DNA of 64,000 nt from an uncultured Acidimicrobiales bacterium (GCA_943788915.1 CALSSD010000010.1:434001-498000), one strand, 5' to 3'; counted from the stretch's first letter, positions 30,329-40,236 are shown. Numbers and translations: made by a program. The notes: generated by a model from the sequence alone, not told the origin.

Positions 30329-31183
30329 ATGGTTGAGGTACACGGTGCCACGGTGCTGCTCATGTGGGCGACGGGTGGTTTCTTCTTTCTGTGGGTGACC
30401 ACTCGTCGGCGTGAAGTAGGTATCGGCTACGGCTGGACCATGCGGATCACCTATATCGGCATCGCCGGTCTTGCCGTGGCAACCGGTTTCGCGTCGGGAG
30501 TGCATTGGCCCCGCGAGATATTTGGGCTCGCGTCGATCGCCGGTTCGTTGATAGCCCTGGCCGAGTCATGGTTTCGTCGCGGCGCTGGCGTAGAGGGCCA
30601 GCGCGAGACGGTGGAACGGCGCAGCCAACGCGTCGCAGACATGACGGGCATAGACAAGGACGAACAACGATTCGACGCCGATGCACCCGAGTTCCGACCC
30701 TGGCTCGACCTGCTCGCCCCTGCGCTAGGGGCTATTGCGATCATCGCTGGTGCTGTTCACGCCGAAGGCCCCGGGTGGCTGTCGATCCTGCGGGTGCTCG
30801 CGGGCGCAGTGTTTCTTGGAGCGGTCAGCGATGCCATGCTGCTTGGCCACTGGTACCTGGTGCAGCCCGGGCTGGCCCGGTCGCCGATCCTGGAACTCGT
30901 CCGTTACACCATGTACGCATGGGTGCCGCACACCATTGTGTTTCTGTTGCCGACCGGCATGTGGTCAGTGCTCAACGGCTCGATCGACGATGGCTACGGC
31001 GGCATGCTGGGCTGGTTCTGGGCAGCAAGCACTCTTGCCACGATCGTGCTGATCTTCGTGACTCGTGCGGCGCTGAAAGAGCGTCAATACGCAGCGGTTA
31101 TGGCCGCAACCGGCCTTATGTACCTAGCTATTTTGACGGCGTTCGGCCAAGATGTCGTAGCGCGGATCTTGTTGGATCGCTGA
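30329..31183 (+). CDS. Multi-pass membrane protein of unknown function
   Basis: Many hydrophobic segments; DAMLLGHWYLVQP and AVMAATGLMY motifs; start uncertain. Confidence 0.8.
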   Translation: MVEVHGATVLLMWATGGFFFLWVTTRRREVGIGYGWTMRITYIGIAGLAVATGFASGVHWPREIFGLASIAGSLIALAESWFRRGAGVEGQRETVERRSQRVADMTGIDKDEQRFDADAPEFRPWLDLLAPALGAIAIIAGAVHAEGPGWLSILRVLAGAVFLGAVSDAMLLGHWYLVQPGLARSPILELVRYTMYAWVPHTIVFLLPTGMWSVLNGSIDDGYGGMLGWFWAASTLATIVLIFVTRAALKERQYAAVMAATGLMYLAILTAFGQDVVARILLDR

Positions 31184-31342
31184 TTCCCAGACATACTGCA
31201 GTTGCTACGTTGGACACGAGCCACAGCAGCAACCCACTTGGGCTGACTGTCATGGCTCGTAGTCCTGAACTCGGCGCAATAGAGGACGTTGCGTCCAACA
31301 CGGAACCTAAGGACAGCGATCCTTCAGAGATAGGGAGCCGAT

Positions 31343-32225
31343 ATGCCCCGAGCTATATGGAGTGGTGCGATCAGCTTTGGGCTGATTACCGTGCCGGTGC
31401 GTTTGTATAGCGCTGTGTCACGCAAGTCAGTTCGCTTCAATCAACTCGACCAGCGCACCGGTAGCCGCATCAAGCGTAAATGGGTGTCAGCACTCGACGG
31501 CGAAGAGGTGCCGAACGACGAACTCGTTCGGGGCTACGAGATCACGAGCGGTAACTACGTCACGGTCAGTGACGAAGAACTTCGATCGCTCGATCCTGAG
31601 GCGTCACGCAGCATCGACATCGTCGAGTTCGTGGACCTGGCAGACGTCGATCCGCTGGCCTACGACAACGCGTATTACCTCGAGCCCGATGACCTCGCGG
31701 TCAAGGCCTACAAGGTGCTTCTGGTGGCGCTCGAACAGGCAGGCAAGGTGGCTGTTGCGCGCATCGTGATGCGGCAGAAGGAATACCTGGCCGTTATCCG
31801 ACCGACCGACAATGCGCTCGTGTTGTCAACCATGGTCTATGCCGATGAAATTAATCCGGTGGAAGGCATCGAAGGGCTCGACAAGGTGGCTGACATTGCA
31901 GTTACCGAGGCCGAGATCACGATGGCCGAGCAGCTCATCGGGGCACTTGAGGCCGACTATGAACCTGAGAAATACGCTGATGGTTATCGCGAGCGGGTGC
32001 TTGAACTCATTCAGAAGAAGTCTGAGGGTGAAGAGATTATGGTCGCCGAAGAGGCCCCGGTAGCGGCGTCGTCTCATGTCGTCGATCTGATGGCTGCACT
32101 CGAAGCCAGCGTCGCAGCGGCCAAGAAGGCCCGAGATCGCCACCCATCGGCGGGCGACGAGATGAAACCAGCCGCGCGCGAAGAAACCTGCCAAGAAGGT
32201 CGCAGCGAAGAAGAAGGCCAGCTGA
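31343..32225 (+). CDS. ku: NHEJ protein Ku (apparent frameshift near 32177 before the basic tail)
   Basis: AIWSGAISFGL, RGYE, YYLEP, VVDLMAALEASV; KKPAKKVAAKKKAS* tail in shifted frame. Confidence 0.93.
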
Positions 32226-32268
32226 GTTTCACCGCTCCGCCCGGGCCGGCGTGCGCGACACTGCATGT

Positions 32269-33171
32269 ATGGCCCCGACTGAAGTCACCGTTGAGGTCGG
32301 CTCGCGCACACTGAAGCTGACCAACCTCGACAAGGTTCTGTATCCCGAGACTGGGTTTACCAAGGCGAGCGTGATCGATTACTACGTGCGTATCGCTCCG
32401 GTGATGCTTGACCACATTGGTGATCGAGGGATCACCATGCGCCGATTTCCCGATGGGGTCGAGGGCGAGTCGTTCTTCAATAAGCGCTGCCCCGATTGGC
32501 GGCCCGACTGGCTGACTGCGGTCCGGGGGCCGGGCGAGAGTGATGGGCCGATCGACTATTGCCGGCTCGACGAGGTCGCATCTTTGGCCTGGGCTGCCAA
32601 CCTGGCTGCGCTCGAGATCCATGCACCCATGTCTCGGGCCGGTCACATGGAAACACCGACCATGCTGGTCTATGACCTTGACCCAGGCGAAGACACAGGT
32701 ATGGCTGAGTGTTGCCAGATCGCTCAGTTGCTGGTCGAGGTGCTTGATGCTGTGGGCCTGCAGGCCTGGCCAAAGACCTCGGGGTCCAAAGGACTCCAGC
32801 TATATGTGCCCTTGAACACGCCGCACACCCATCATCACGTGAGCGCGTTCGCAAAGGCCACTGGCCAGTTGCTTGAACGAGATCGGCCAACACAGGTCAC
32901 CACGACAATGGGGGCAAGGAATCGAGTTGGCAAGGTGCTCATTGACTGGAGCCAGAACAGCCGCCACAAGACGACCATCGCCCCATACTCCTTGCGTGCC
33001 AAGCCGAACCCGACCGCATCGACGCCCATCACATGGGACGAAGTTGATGCCGGGGCAGACGGAGCGCCCTTGAGTTTTGAGGCCGACATCGTGCTCAAGC
33101 GGGTGAGCGAACTCGGCGATCTATTCGCTCCAACCGTGGCCCTCGAACAGACCCTGCCCGGCGCTGCATGA
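32269..33171 (+). CDS. LigD polymerase (primase-polymerase) domain protein
   Basis: TNLDKVLYP, RFPDG, DLDP, KTSGSKG, IDWSQN, APYSLR; no ligase domain. Confidence 0.92.
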   Translation: MAPTEVTVEVGSRTLKLTNLDKVLYPETGFTKASVIDYYVRIAPVMLDHIGDRGITMRRFPDGVEGESFFNKRCPDWRPDWLTAVRGPGESDGPIDYCRLDEVASLAWAANLAALEIHAPMSRAGHMETPTMLVYDLDPGEDTGMAECCQIAQLLVEVLDAVGLQAWPKTSGSKGLQLYVPLNTPHTHHHVSAFAKATGQLLERDRPTQVTTTMGARNRVGKVLIDWSQNSRHKTTIAPYSLRAKPNPTASTPITWDEVDAGADGAPLSFEADIVLKRVSELGDLFAPTVALEQTLPGAA

Positions 33172-33269
33172 CCCGGTAAAGATGCCTCCGCATCGATAGG
33201 CGGGGGAGGGCAACCCGCTTCCACCGTTGAGGTCCGCTGCAGGCCGCTCGAAGCGCTACGGTCTTCTTC

Positions 33270-34706
33270 ATGTCATCAGCGCCTGCCATTCGCCTTGCTC
33301 GCAAAGTTCCTGCCTCAGTGGAGGTCCACGGACTTCCACTGACGACCGAACAAGTTACGACCGAAGATGGCTCGTTGCCGTGGAAGCAGATCGCTGCCCA
33401 AGGTTTCACCGGCAAACTCGGCGAGAGCGCAATGGTCACCGTCGACGATTCCGTTCGTTGCCTGATCGGTATGGGTGATGGCGACGATGTCGATGCTGGT
33501 GCATGGCGGCGAATTGGTGTGGTGTTCGCTCGGGCCGCCACTCGATCAAAGGCCGCGTCGATTGCGATTACCGGCGTGACCGATTTTGAGACGCTTGCCG
33601 AAGGGATCGCGTTGGGTTGTTACGACTACACCGAGTTCAAGAGCGAACCAACGAAGCCGACACTCAAGACGGTTTCCCTTATCGGCACCACCAGCAAGAA
33701 GGCCGCAGCATCGGTTGCCAAGGGGCTTGCCATTGCAGCGGCCGTGAACCAGACCCGCGACTTTGTGAACGAACCTGGCGGAAGCCTGACGCCTGAACGT
33801 TTCGCCAACGAGGCAAAACGAATTGCGCGTCAGCCCGGCCTCTCGATCACTGTGCTCGGCCTAACAGAGATCAAGAAGGCCAAACTTGGTGGCCTGCTCG
33901 GCGTGAACCGGGGAAGCGATCTCCCGCCTCGTCTCGTCGAGATGCACTACAAGTGCGGTGTAAAAGGCGCACCCACCATTGCGCTTGTCGGCAAGGGCAT
34001 CACGTTCGACGCTGGTGGCCTCTCGATCAAGACCTCGGTCGGCATGTCGACTATGAAGTGCGATATGGGTGGCGGTGGCGCTGTCCTTGGGGCCATGTCG
34101 GCGCTCCCAGCACTGAAGCCTGAGGTCAATGTCAAGGCATGGGTACCTATGACCGACAACATGCTTGGTGGCGACGCAACTCGTTTGGGAGATGTGCTCA
34201 AGATCCGCAACGGCAAGACGGTGGAGATCCTGAATACCGATGCCGAAGGACGCCTGATCCTGGCCGACGGCCTGTCATTGGCCAGCGAGGCCAAGCCCGA
34301 TGCAGTGATTGACCTTGCGACCTTGACGGGTGCTGCCATGGTCAGCCTGGGCAAGGACTACTCGGCGCTCATGTCGAACAACGATGACTTTGCAGCTCAG
34401 GTCGAGGCGGCCGCTGATGATGCCGACGAGTTGACCTGGCGTCTACCGCTCCCAGCGCGCTACCGCAAGCTGCTCGATTCGCCCATCGCCGATATGAAGA
34501 ACATCGGCGGCCCTTACGGCGGGTCGATCACCGCCGGGCTGTTCTTGCAGGAATTCGTGGCCGAAGGTTTGCCTTGGGCGCATCTCGACATTGCCGGACC
34601 AGCGTTCGCCGACTCAGTCCAGGAGACCGGCCCTAAGGGCGGTACCGGCTACGGCGTGCGCACCCTGCTGTCTCTGATCTCAAACTTCACCAAACCCGCC
34701 GTCTGA
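33270..34706 (+). CDS. pepA: Leucyl aminopeptidase (M17)
   Basis: VGKGITFDAGG, MKCDMGG, NTDAEGRL, DLATLTGA, HLDIAG. Confidence 0.95.
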   Translation: MSSAPAIRLARKVPASVEVHGLPLTTEQVTTEDGSLPWKQIAAQGFTGKLGESAMVTVDDSVRCLIGMGDGDDVDAGAWRRIGVVFARAATRSKAASIAITGVTDFETLAEGIALGCYDYTEFKSEPTKPTLKTVSLIGTTSKKAAASVAKGLAIAAAVNQTRDFVNEPGGSLTPERFANEAKRIARQPGLSITVLGLTEIKKAKLGGLLGVNRGSDLPPRLVEMHYKCGVKGAPTIALVGKGITFDAGGLSIKTSVGMSTMKCDMGGGGAVLGAMSALPALKPEVNVKAWVPMTDNMLGGDATRLGDVLKIRNGKTVEILNTDAEGRLILADGLSLASEAKPDAVIDLATLTGAAMVSLGKDYSALMSNNDDFAAQVEAAADDADELTWRLPLPARYRKLLDSPIADMKNIGGPYGGSITAGLFLQEFVAEGLPWAHLDIAGPAFADSVQETGPKGGTGYGVRTLLSLISNFTKPAV

Positions 34707-34821
34707 TCTGACAGCAACCTGATCTGAAACCAATCTGATGTGGTAGGCACCTGATCTGTGAGCCCTACCGTTGATCTCGCGGTCTGGGAATATCGCGGTC
34801 TGGCGCTCACAGACGTGGGTG

Positions 34822-34871
34822 GCCTGCGCCGACGACGTTGGGCTTCCCGATCCTCGGTCGTCGGCGCAGGC
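34822..34871. terminator. 15-bp perfect inverted repeat between convergent genes (putative terminator)
   Basis: GCCTGCGCCGACGAC ... GTCGTCGGCGCAGGC with 20-nt loop; no U tract. Confidence 0.55.
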
Positions 34872-34874
34872 AGA

Positions 34875-35588
34875 TCATGTTGGTGTCGCGTCGTGGCGTA
34901 CGTGCGCGGTGTTCGGTTGTGGACCGGGCGTCTTAGGGATTTGGTCAGGATCGGTCAGCGCCCACTGAACCGCGTGCCAGGCAATGCTCGGGTGAAAGTG
35001 CCACTGGTGCAGTTGTCGTTCGGCATCGTGGGTGGCCTCGCCAAGAGCGAGCAAGGTTCGGGCCAGATGGGCGGCTCGGACCATTTCGGTGCGGCGTTCC
35101 GCCCCGTCATCGGCGGGGTCGATCGTCCAGCTGTGGTGGAGTGCTTGTAGCCGAATGCTCAGCCGCTTAACCTGCCGGTGGGCGAGCGCTGGGATGCGGC
35201 GGCGCACATAGAGAAGGTCGCCTTGTGGTTGCACGAGGTGGAACTTGGTGCACCGGTCGATGGTGCGGGCGATTGACCCTCGCAGATCGACGCGGGACCC
35301 AAGCCCTATCTCGCGACTGAGGGTTGCGACATCGATCTCGAAGCCTGTTGGTTCGGCATCGAATTCGTCGGCGAGTCGGCGAAGCAGCAATGTGGTGCTG
35401 GGCCCCACAATGGGAAGCCAGAATGTTTCGACATAGGCCGAACGAGGGTCGTGGCCAGCATCGTCCTGTTCTGGATCGAGCCAAGGCAAGACGCCGAAAC
35501 GGTCGGGAAGCGTGTCCGGCACATCGGCGACCGGTGCGACCGCGGTGATGGCTGGCGTGGAGCTGGTGGACACATCGGTGAGGGACAT
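34875..35588 (-). CDS. Hypothetical protein, possible winged-helix DNA-binding
   Basis: DPRSAYVETFWLPIVGPSTTLLLRRLA, TLSREIGLG, IARTIDRC..F.L; start ATG 35588 inferred. Confidence 0.75.
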   Translation of the reverse strand: MSLTDVSTSSTPAITAVAPVADVPDTLPDRFGVLPWLDPEQDDAGHDPRSAYVETFWLPIVGPSTTLLLRRLADEFDAEPTGFEIDVATLSREIGLGSRVDLRGSIARTIDRCTKFHLVQPQGDLLYVRRRIPALAHRQVKRLSIRLQALHHSWTIDPADDGAERRTEMVRAAHLARTLLALGEATHDAERQLHQWHFHPSIAWHAVQWALTDPDQIPKTPGPQPNTAHVRHDATPT

Positions 35589-35782
35589 TCGGCGTTTCCG
35601 TTTCGTTGAGCTTGCTGATGTTGGGGGCGAGGCGGGAAGCCGTGTGAGTATCTTTCCTGTCTTTTCAATATATGTCAATACCTGAATGAGAAAGGTGTTT
35701 GGCTGGTTGGTTGAGATCGGGCGTGAGTGTGGGCTGAGCGGTGGTGGGTGTGGCCAATTCGGTCATCTAATAAGGTCAATGT

Positions 35783-36559
35783 GTGGAACAGAGCGTGAAC
35801 GACGCAGTCATGGCTGCACAGGCCCTCATCGATACCGCGGTCTCGGTCGCCGTTCTCACCGGGGCTGGTATCTCGACTGACTCTGGAATACCGGATTTTC
35901 GGGGTCCCCAAGGGGTGTGGACGAAGAACCCTGAAGCCGAGAAAAAGTCACACATCGATACCTACATCAACGACGGTGAACATCGAAAGGCCAATTGGCA
36001 GCGGCTGGCCAAAAAACAGATCTGGGCTGAGGTCGACCCAAATGACGGCCATCGGGCGTTAGTCGCGCTCGAACGCCGTGCCAAGCTGCACACGCTCGTG
36101 ACACAAAACGTCGATGGTCTCCATCAGGTTGCAGGGTCGGATCCCTCTCTGGTTGTCGAAGTCCACGGAACCACCCGCCGAGTGAAGTGTCTCGACTGTG
36201 GCGATGGGGCACCCATGCAGAAGGCGCTTGATCGCGTGCTTGCGGGGGAGGACGATCCTTCGTGTAAGGCATGCGGTGGTATCTTGAAGTCGGCCACGAT
36301 TTCGTTTGGACAGTCTCTCGAAGTTGATGCGCTCGAGCGGGCACAGGTCGCGGCCCAGGAGTGTGATGTCCTGCTGTGTATTGGCACGAGCTTGGGTGTG
36401 TTTCCCGTGGCGAACATGGTGCCGATTGCGCAGAACTTTGATGCCGAAATCGTCATCGTAAACGCCGAGCCAACGGGCTTCGATGACTTGGCCTCGATCC
36501 TGGTGCCAGGGTCGATCAGTCATGTCCTCCCGGTCATGCTCCGCTCAGCCGAACTCTAG
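35783..36559 (+). CDS. cobB: Sir2 family NAD-dependent deacylase
   Basis: GAGISTDSGIPDFRG, TQNVDGLH, HG, CxxC..CxxC, GTSL. Confidence 0.93.
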   Translation: MEQSVNDAVMAAQALIDTAVSVAVLTGAGISTDSGIPDFRGPQGVWTKNPEAEKKSHIDTYINDGEHRKANWQRLAKKQIWAEVDPNDGHRALVALERRAKLHTLVTQNVDGLHQVAGSDPSLVVEVHGTTRRVKCLDCGDGAPMQKALDRVLAGEDDPSCKACGGILKSATISFGQSLEVDALERAQVAAQECDVLLCIGTSLGVFPVANMVPIAQNFDAEIVIVNAEPTGFDDLASILVPGSISHVLPVMLRSAEL

Positions 36560-36645
36560 GCCTGCAGTTTCGAACTCATCGGCGGCGGAAACCGCTGCCC
36601 CCAGCGTTGCCAGCAAGACCTTCGTCCTGGGGTAGCGTTTTGGGT

Positions 36646-37809
36646 ATGACATCGTTTCGTGACTTGTTGACCAAGACCAAGGCGCAGATCACCGAGGTCA
36701 CGACTGAACACGGCGATCAGCTGATCGGCGACGGTGCTGTATTGCTCGATGTGCGAGAGCCCGAGGAATACAGCCAGGGAGCGATTCCTGACTCTCTGCA
36801 CGTGTCGAGAGGGCAACTCGAATCAAACGTCGAGAACCGCATCCCTGACAAGGCAACAAAACTTGTCGTGATGTGTGCTGGCGGCGTCCGTTCAGCGTTT
36901 GCGGCTAAGACCCTCGCCGAACTTGGTTACACCGACGTTGTCTCCATGGGCGGCGGCTTCAACAAATGGAAAGACGAGGGCCGCTTATGGGTTGTTCCGA
37001 CGACGCTGAGCGCAGAACAGCGCAATCGTTATCAGCGCCACATCCTGATTCCTGAAGTCGGCGAAGCAGGCCAACTCAAACTCCTCGATGCCAAGGTGTT
37101 GTGCCTGGGTGCTGGGGGATTGGGTTCACCTGCGTCGCTCTATTTGGCGGCAGCGGGCATTGGAACACTCGGCATCGTGGACATGGACGTCGTCGACGCA
37201 TCGAACCTACAACGTCAGATCCTGCACAACGTCGATCGCATCGGCGATCGCAAGGTCGACTCAGCCAAGAAGACGCTCACTGCGCTAAACCCCGATATCT
37301 CGGTGGTGACCCACGATGTCCGCCTCGATGCCAGCAACATTGTTGACATCATCTCGGGCTACGACATCGTGGTCGACGGCACCGATAATTTTCCGGTGCG
37401 TTACATGCTGAACGACGCGTCAGTGAAGCTCGGCATCCCGGTGGTGCATGGTTCGATCTTCCGTTTCGAAGGTCAGGTGACCGTGTTTGATCCCCGCACT
37501 GGCCCGACATACCGAGACATGCTTCCCGAACCGCCGCCGCCGGAATTGGCACCCAGTTGTGCCGAGGCGGGAGTGCTCGGCGTGTTGCCCGGCATCGTTG
37601 GTTCGATCCAAGCGCTCGAGGCCATCAAGCTGATCTTGGGTCACGGCCACACACTTGTGGGCCGGCTGCTTGCGTTCGATGCCGCCGAGATGGAGTTCAA
37701 TGAATTCCGGCTGAACGTTGACCCTAAAAACCAGGTCACCTACGAGAACCGGGATCGGATCGAGATCACCGAGCTCGATGGTCTGTGTGCAGGCGTGTTG
37801 TCTGGCTGA
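36646..37809 (+). CDS. moeB: MoeB/ThiF adenylyltransferase with N-terminal rhodanese domain
   Basis: DVRE..CAGGVRS rhodanese; RYQRH, GAGGLG, SNLQRQ, DGTDNF, SCAEAGVLG. Confidence 0.92.
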   Translation: MTSFRDLLTKTKAQITEVTTEHGDQLIGDGAVLLDVREPEEYSQGAIPDSLHVSRGQLESNVENRIPDKATKLVVMCAGGVRSAFAAKTLAELGYTDVVSMGGGFNKWKDEGRLWVVPTTLSAEQRNRYQRHILIPEVGEAGQLKLLDAKVLCLGAGGLGSPASLYLAAAGIGTLGIVDMDVVDASNLQRQILHNVDRIGDRKVDSAKKTLTALNPDISVVTHDVRLDASNIVDIISGYDIVVDGTDNFPVRYMLNDASVKLGIPVVHGSIFRFEGQVTVFDPRTGPTYRDMLPEPPPPELAPSCAEAGVLGVLPGIVGSIQALEAIKLILGHGHTLVGRLLAFDAAEMEFNEFRLNVDPKNQVTYENRDRIEITELDGLCAGVLSG

Positions 37810-37949
37810 ACCAGCGTGGTCATCGAGGCCGTACGGTGCATCTACGTATGACACGAGCAACATGACACTCACTGTGCACATAAGGCACATCTCCCTGCTA
37901 CCCTAAACTGTGCCTGGCGGGTGGAGTAGGTGTTCTCGCGCGAGAACCC

Positions 37950-40208
37950 ATGCATATGAATCAGTTGAATACCCCTGCCGCAAAGCCTCGAACGAGGCTC
38001 GTGATTGCTGTACTAGCAGTGTTCTCAATGCTGGCAGGCGCCGGTTTGGTCGCTGCTCCCGCCGAGGCCCAAGGGTCAGCCCAGTTCTTTTTCCAGGGCG
38101 CTGGGTGGGGGCATGGCGTCGGGATGAGCCAAAACGGCGCACGGAACGCCGCCAATGCTGGCATGGATCATGTCGGCATCCTCAACTTCTACTACCCGAA
38201 CACCGTGGTGACTCCCGTGCCGCCGTTAGAAAACATCCGGGTACACATCGGGGATGCCTCACGGGTCGAGATGACCTCGGAAGGTGCCATTGTGTTCGAG
38301 CGTGGCGGCGTGGCAATCAACTCGATTCCTTCCGGCACGATCACTGTGAGCGCCCACGATGGCGGACTGCAGGTTGGCAACGCGTGGACCACCGGCTCAG
38401 CGACTGATCCGCTGTATGTCTCGTTCCCTCAACCGATGAAGATCTCGAACAACGGCCATCGTTACCTGTGGGGCAAGATCCAGCTCACCGTCAAGAACGG
38501 CAAGGTGCGAGTCGTCGAAGTGCTACCGCTTGAGCAGTACGTCCAAGGTATTGCCGAGATGCCTGCCGCCTGGCCGCTCGAGGCATTGATGGCCCAGGCC
38601 ATCGCGTCTCGCACCTACGCTCACGAAGTCACCTTGCACCGTCGCAATTCCACGGAATGGGCCCAGGAATATGACATCAGCGGCTCAACCGTCGACCAGA
38701 ACTACATCGGTTATGACGCTCAGGACAGTGCCTGGGACCAGAAGTGGCTTGCAGCGGTCAAGGCCACGGCTGGTGTCGAGATCGTAGACAGCAACGGCCC
38801 GGTTCGGGCGTACTACTCGGCATCGAATGGTGGTTACACCGAAACTGCTGCCTACGTGTTTAAGAACGATGTTCCTTACACCGTCGCTGGTCCTGATCCG
38901 TACGACGAAGGTGGACACGACTGGACGACCTGGAGTCGCACGTACACCCAGGAGTCGATGAGTCGCTGGCTTAATGCCCACACGGATACGTCGGTCGGCA
39001 CGCTGACCGCAATCAATGTGCTTGGTGGGGAAGGGCCCTCGGCTCGCCTGGATAAGGCTGTTGTAGAACTCGTCGGAACGGGCGGCACCAAAAAGGTGAC
39101 TGGCAAACGATTGATGCTGGTTATGAACTCGAAGATCTTTGCTGAGGGTGGTGGTTTGTCGACGCACCTCCCGGGCACATTCACGACTATCGGAAACGGG
39201 GCTGGTGCAGGCGCACCACAGCCCACGGGAACGGCAGTCGTCGCCCAGGCAACGCCGGATCCTGTCGCCGAAACGGTGCCGGACAATGCTGGCTTCACGC
39301 CACCCCCCGGCTGGCAGCCCGAACCCGGCACTGGTGTGCCGCCAGGGCGGGCTGTTGCCCCAGCCGCGGCTAATGACAGCCCAGCCGTTGCATTGGAGGC
39401 AGGTGCAGCAGATGCGGCTCAGGCAACGAACGAGACTGCACCTGCCCCAACCGATGCGACGAACTTCACCCCACCCGAAGGCTGGCAGCCCGAACCTGGC
39501 ACCGGGGTTCCACCTCGCCCAGCGGTTCCGGTTGGCACCAACGCCGAGCCTGCGACGGCTGCAATCGCTACACCAGCGCCTCCGGCAGCGGGCGCCGCAA
39601 CGACCAATACCGGCTTCACGCCTCCTGCAGGTTGGCGACCTGAGGCTGGCACTGGTGTGCCGCCCGGCCAAGCGGTCGATCCTGAGGCCCCCAACGATGA
39701 TGAAACCGTGGGCGGCACGGGCGGTGGCGATGCTGTGGTCACAATCTCTACAGCGGCCACGATCCCCACTGCCTCCGCAGCTCAGGCTGCGACATCTTCA
39801 GTCAATGTTGCACCTGCCCCACTGGCGGCCGGTGGGTTCACGCCTTCTGAAGGTTGGAAGCCCAAGGTCGGTACTGGTGTACCGCCAGCTAACGACGCTG
39901 GTCTCGTCGGCGGCACGGGTGGGGGCGATGCGTTCACAGGGGGGGTACTTCTTGTCACCCGCACAGCGGGCGGGGCCGAACTCACCGAAGCGAAGTTCGA
40001 AGTCATCGCACCCACGTCCGATCTCGCCGCCGAATCTCGGACTCGACTTGAAGAGATGCAGTCGAGAGCAGCCCTTGGGCTGTTTGCCGACATCGATGTT
40101 GACGGATACGTGGCATCGGTTGCGCCCCGTCCGGTGCATGCTGTGTGCACCGCAACAGCGTTCGGTGTTACCTGCGTGCCCATCGAGGTGCTTAAGGGCG
40201 GCAACTAG
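37950..40208 (+). CDS. SpoIID/LytB domain protein with signal peptide and repetitive C-terminus
   Basis: GAGWGHGVGMSQ, LEQYVQGIAEMP, EALMAQAIASRTYA, YSASNGG. Confidence 0.88.
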   Translation: MHMNQLNTPAAKPRTRLVIAVLAVFSMLAGAGLVAAPAEAQGSAQFFFQGAGWGHGVGMSQNGARNAANAGMDHVGILNFYYPNTVVTPVPPLENIRVHIGDASRVEMTSEGAIVFERGGVAINSIPSGTITVSAHDGGLQVGNAWTTGSATDPLYVSFPQPMKISNNGHRYLWGKIQLTVKNGKVRVVEVLPLEQYVQGIAEMPAAWPLEALMAQAIASRTYAHEVTLHRRNSTEWAQEYDISGSTVDQNYIGYDAQDSAWDQKWLAAVKATAGVEIVDSNGPVRAYYSASNGGYTETAAYVFKNDVPYTVAGPDPYDEGGHDWTTWSRTYTQESMSRWLNAHTDTSVGTLTAINVLGGEGPSARLDKAVVELVGTGGTKKVTGKRLMLVMNSKIFAEGGGLSTHLPGTFTTIGNGAGAGAPQPTGTAVVAQATPDPVAETVPDNAGFTPPPGWQPEPGTGVPPGRAVAPAAANDSPAVALEAGAADAAQATNETAPAPTDATNFTPPEGWQPEPGTGVPPRPAVPVGTNAEPATAAIATPAPPAAGAATTNTGFTPPAGWRPEAGTGVPPGQAVDPEAPNDDETVGGTGGGDAVVTISTAATIPTASAAQAATSSVNVAPAPLAAGGFTPSEGWKPKVGTGVPPANDAGLVGGTGGGDAFTGGVLLVTRTAGGAELTEAKFEVIAPTSDLAAESRTRLEEMQSRAALGLFADIDVDGYVASVAPRPVHAVCTATAFGVTCVPIEVLKGGN

Positions 40209-40236
40209 CTCCAAATACGCCAGACTGGCGGTAGCC

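Noticed and set aside
35783..36559. Sir2 as an anti-phage NADase
   Set aside because: Canonical Zn-binding CobB-type deacylase in a housekeeping context
37810..37950. c-di-AMP (ydaO) riboswitch upstream of the cell-wall enzyme
   Set aside because: Conserved ydaO sequence elements not recognisable
39139..40236. N-terminal 366 aa of the 597-aa ORF upstream of the PPTase
   Set aside because: Overlaps SpoIID out of frame; the PPTase plausibly starts at ATG 40237
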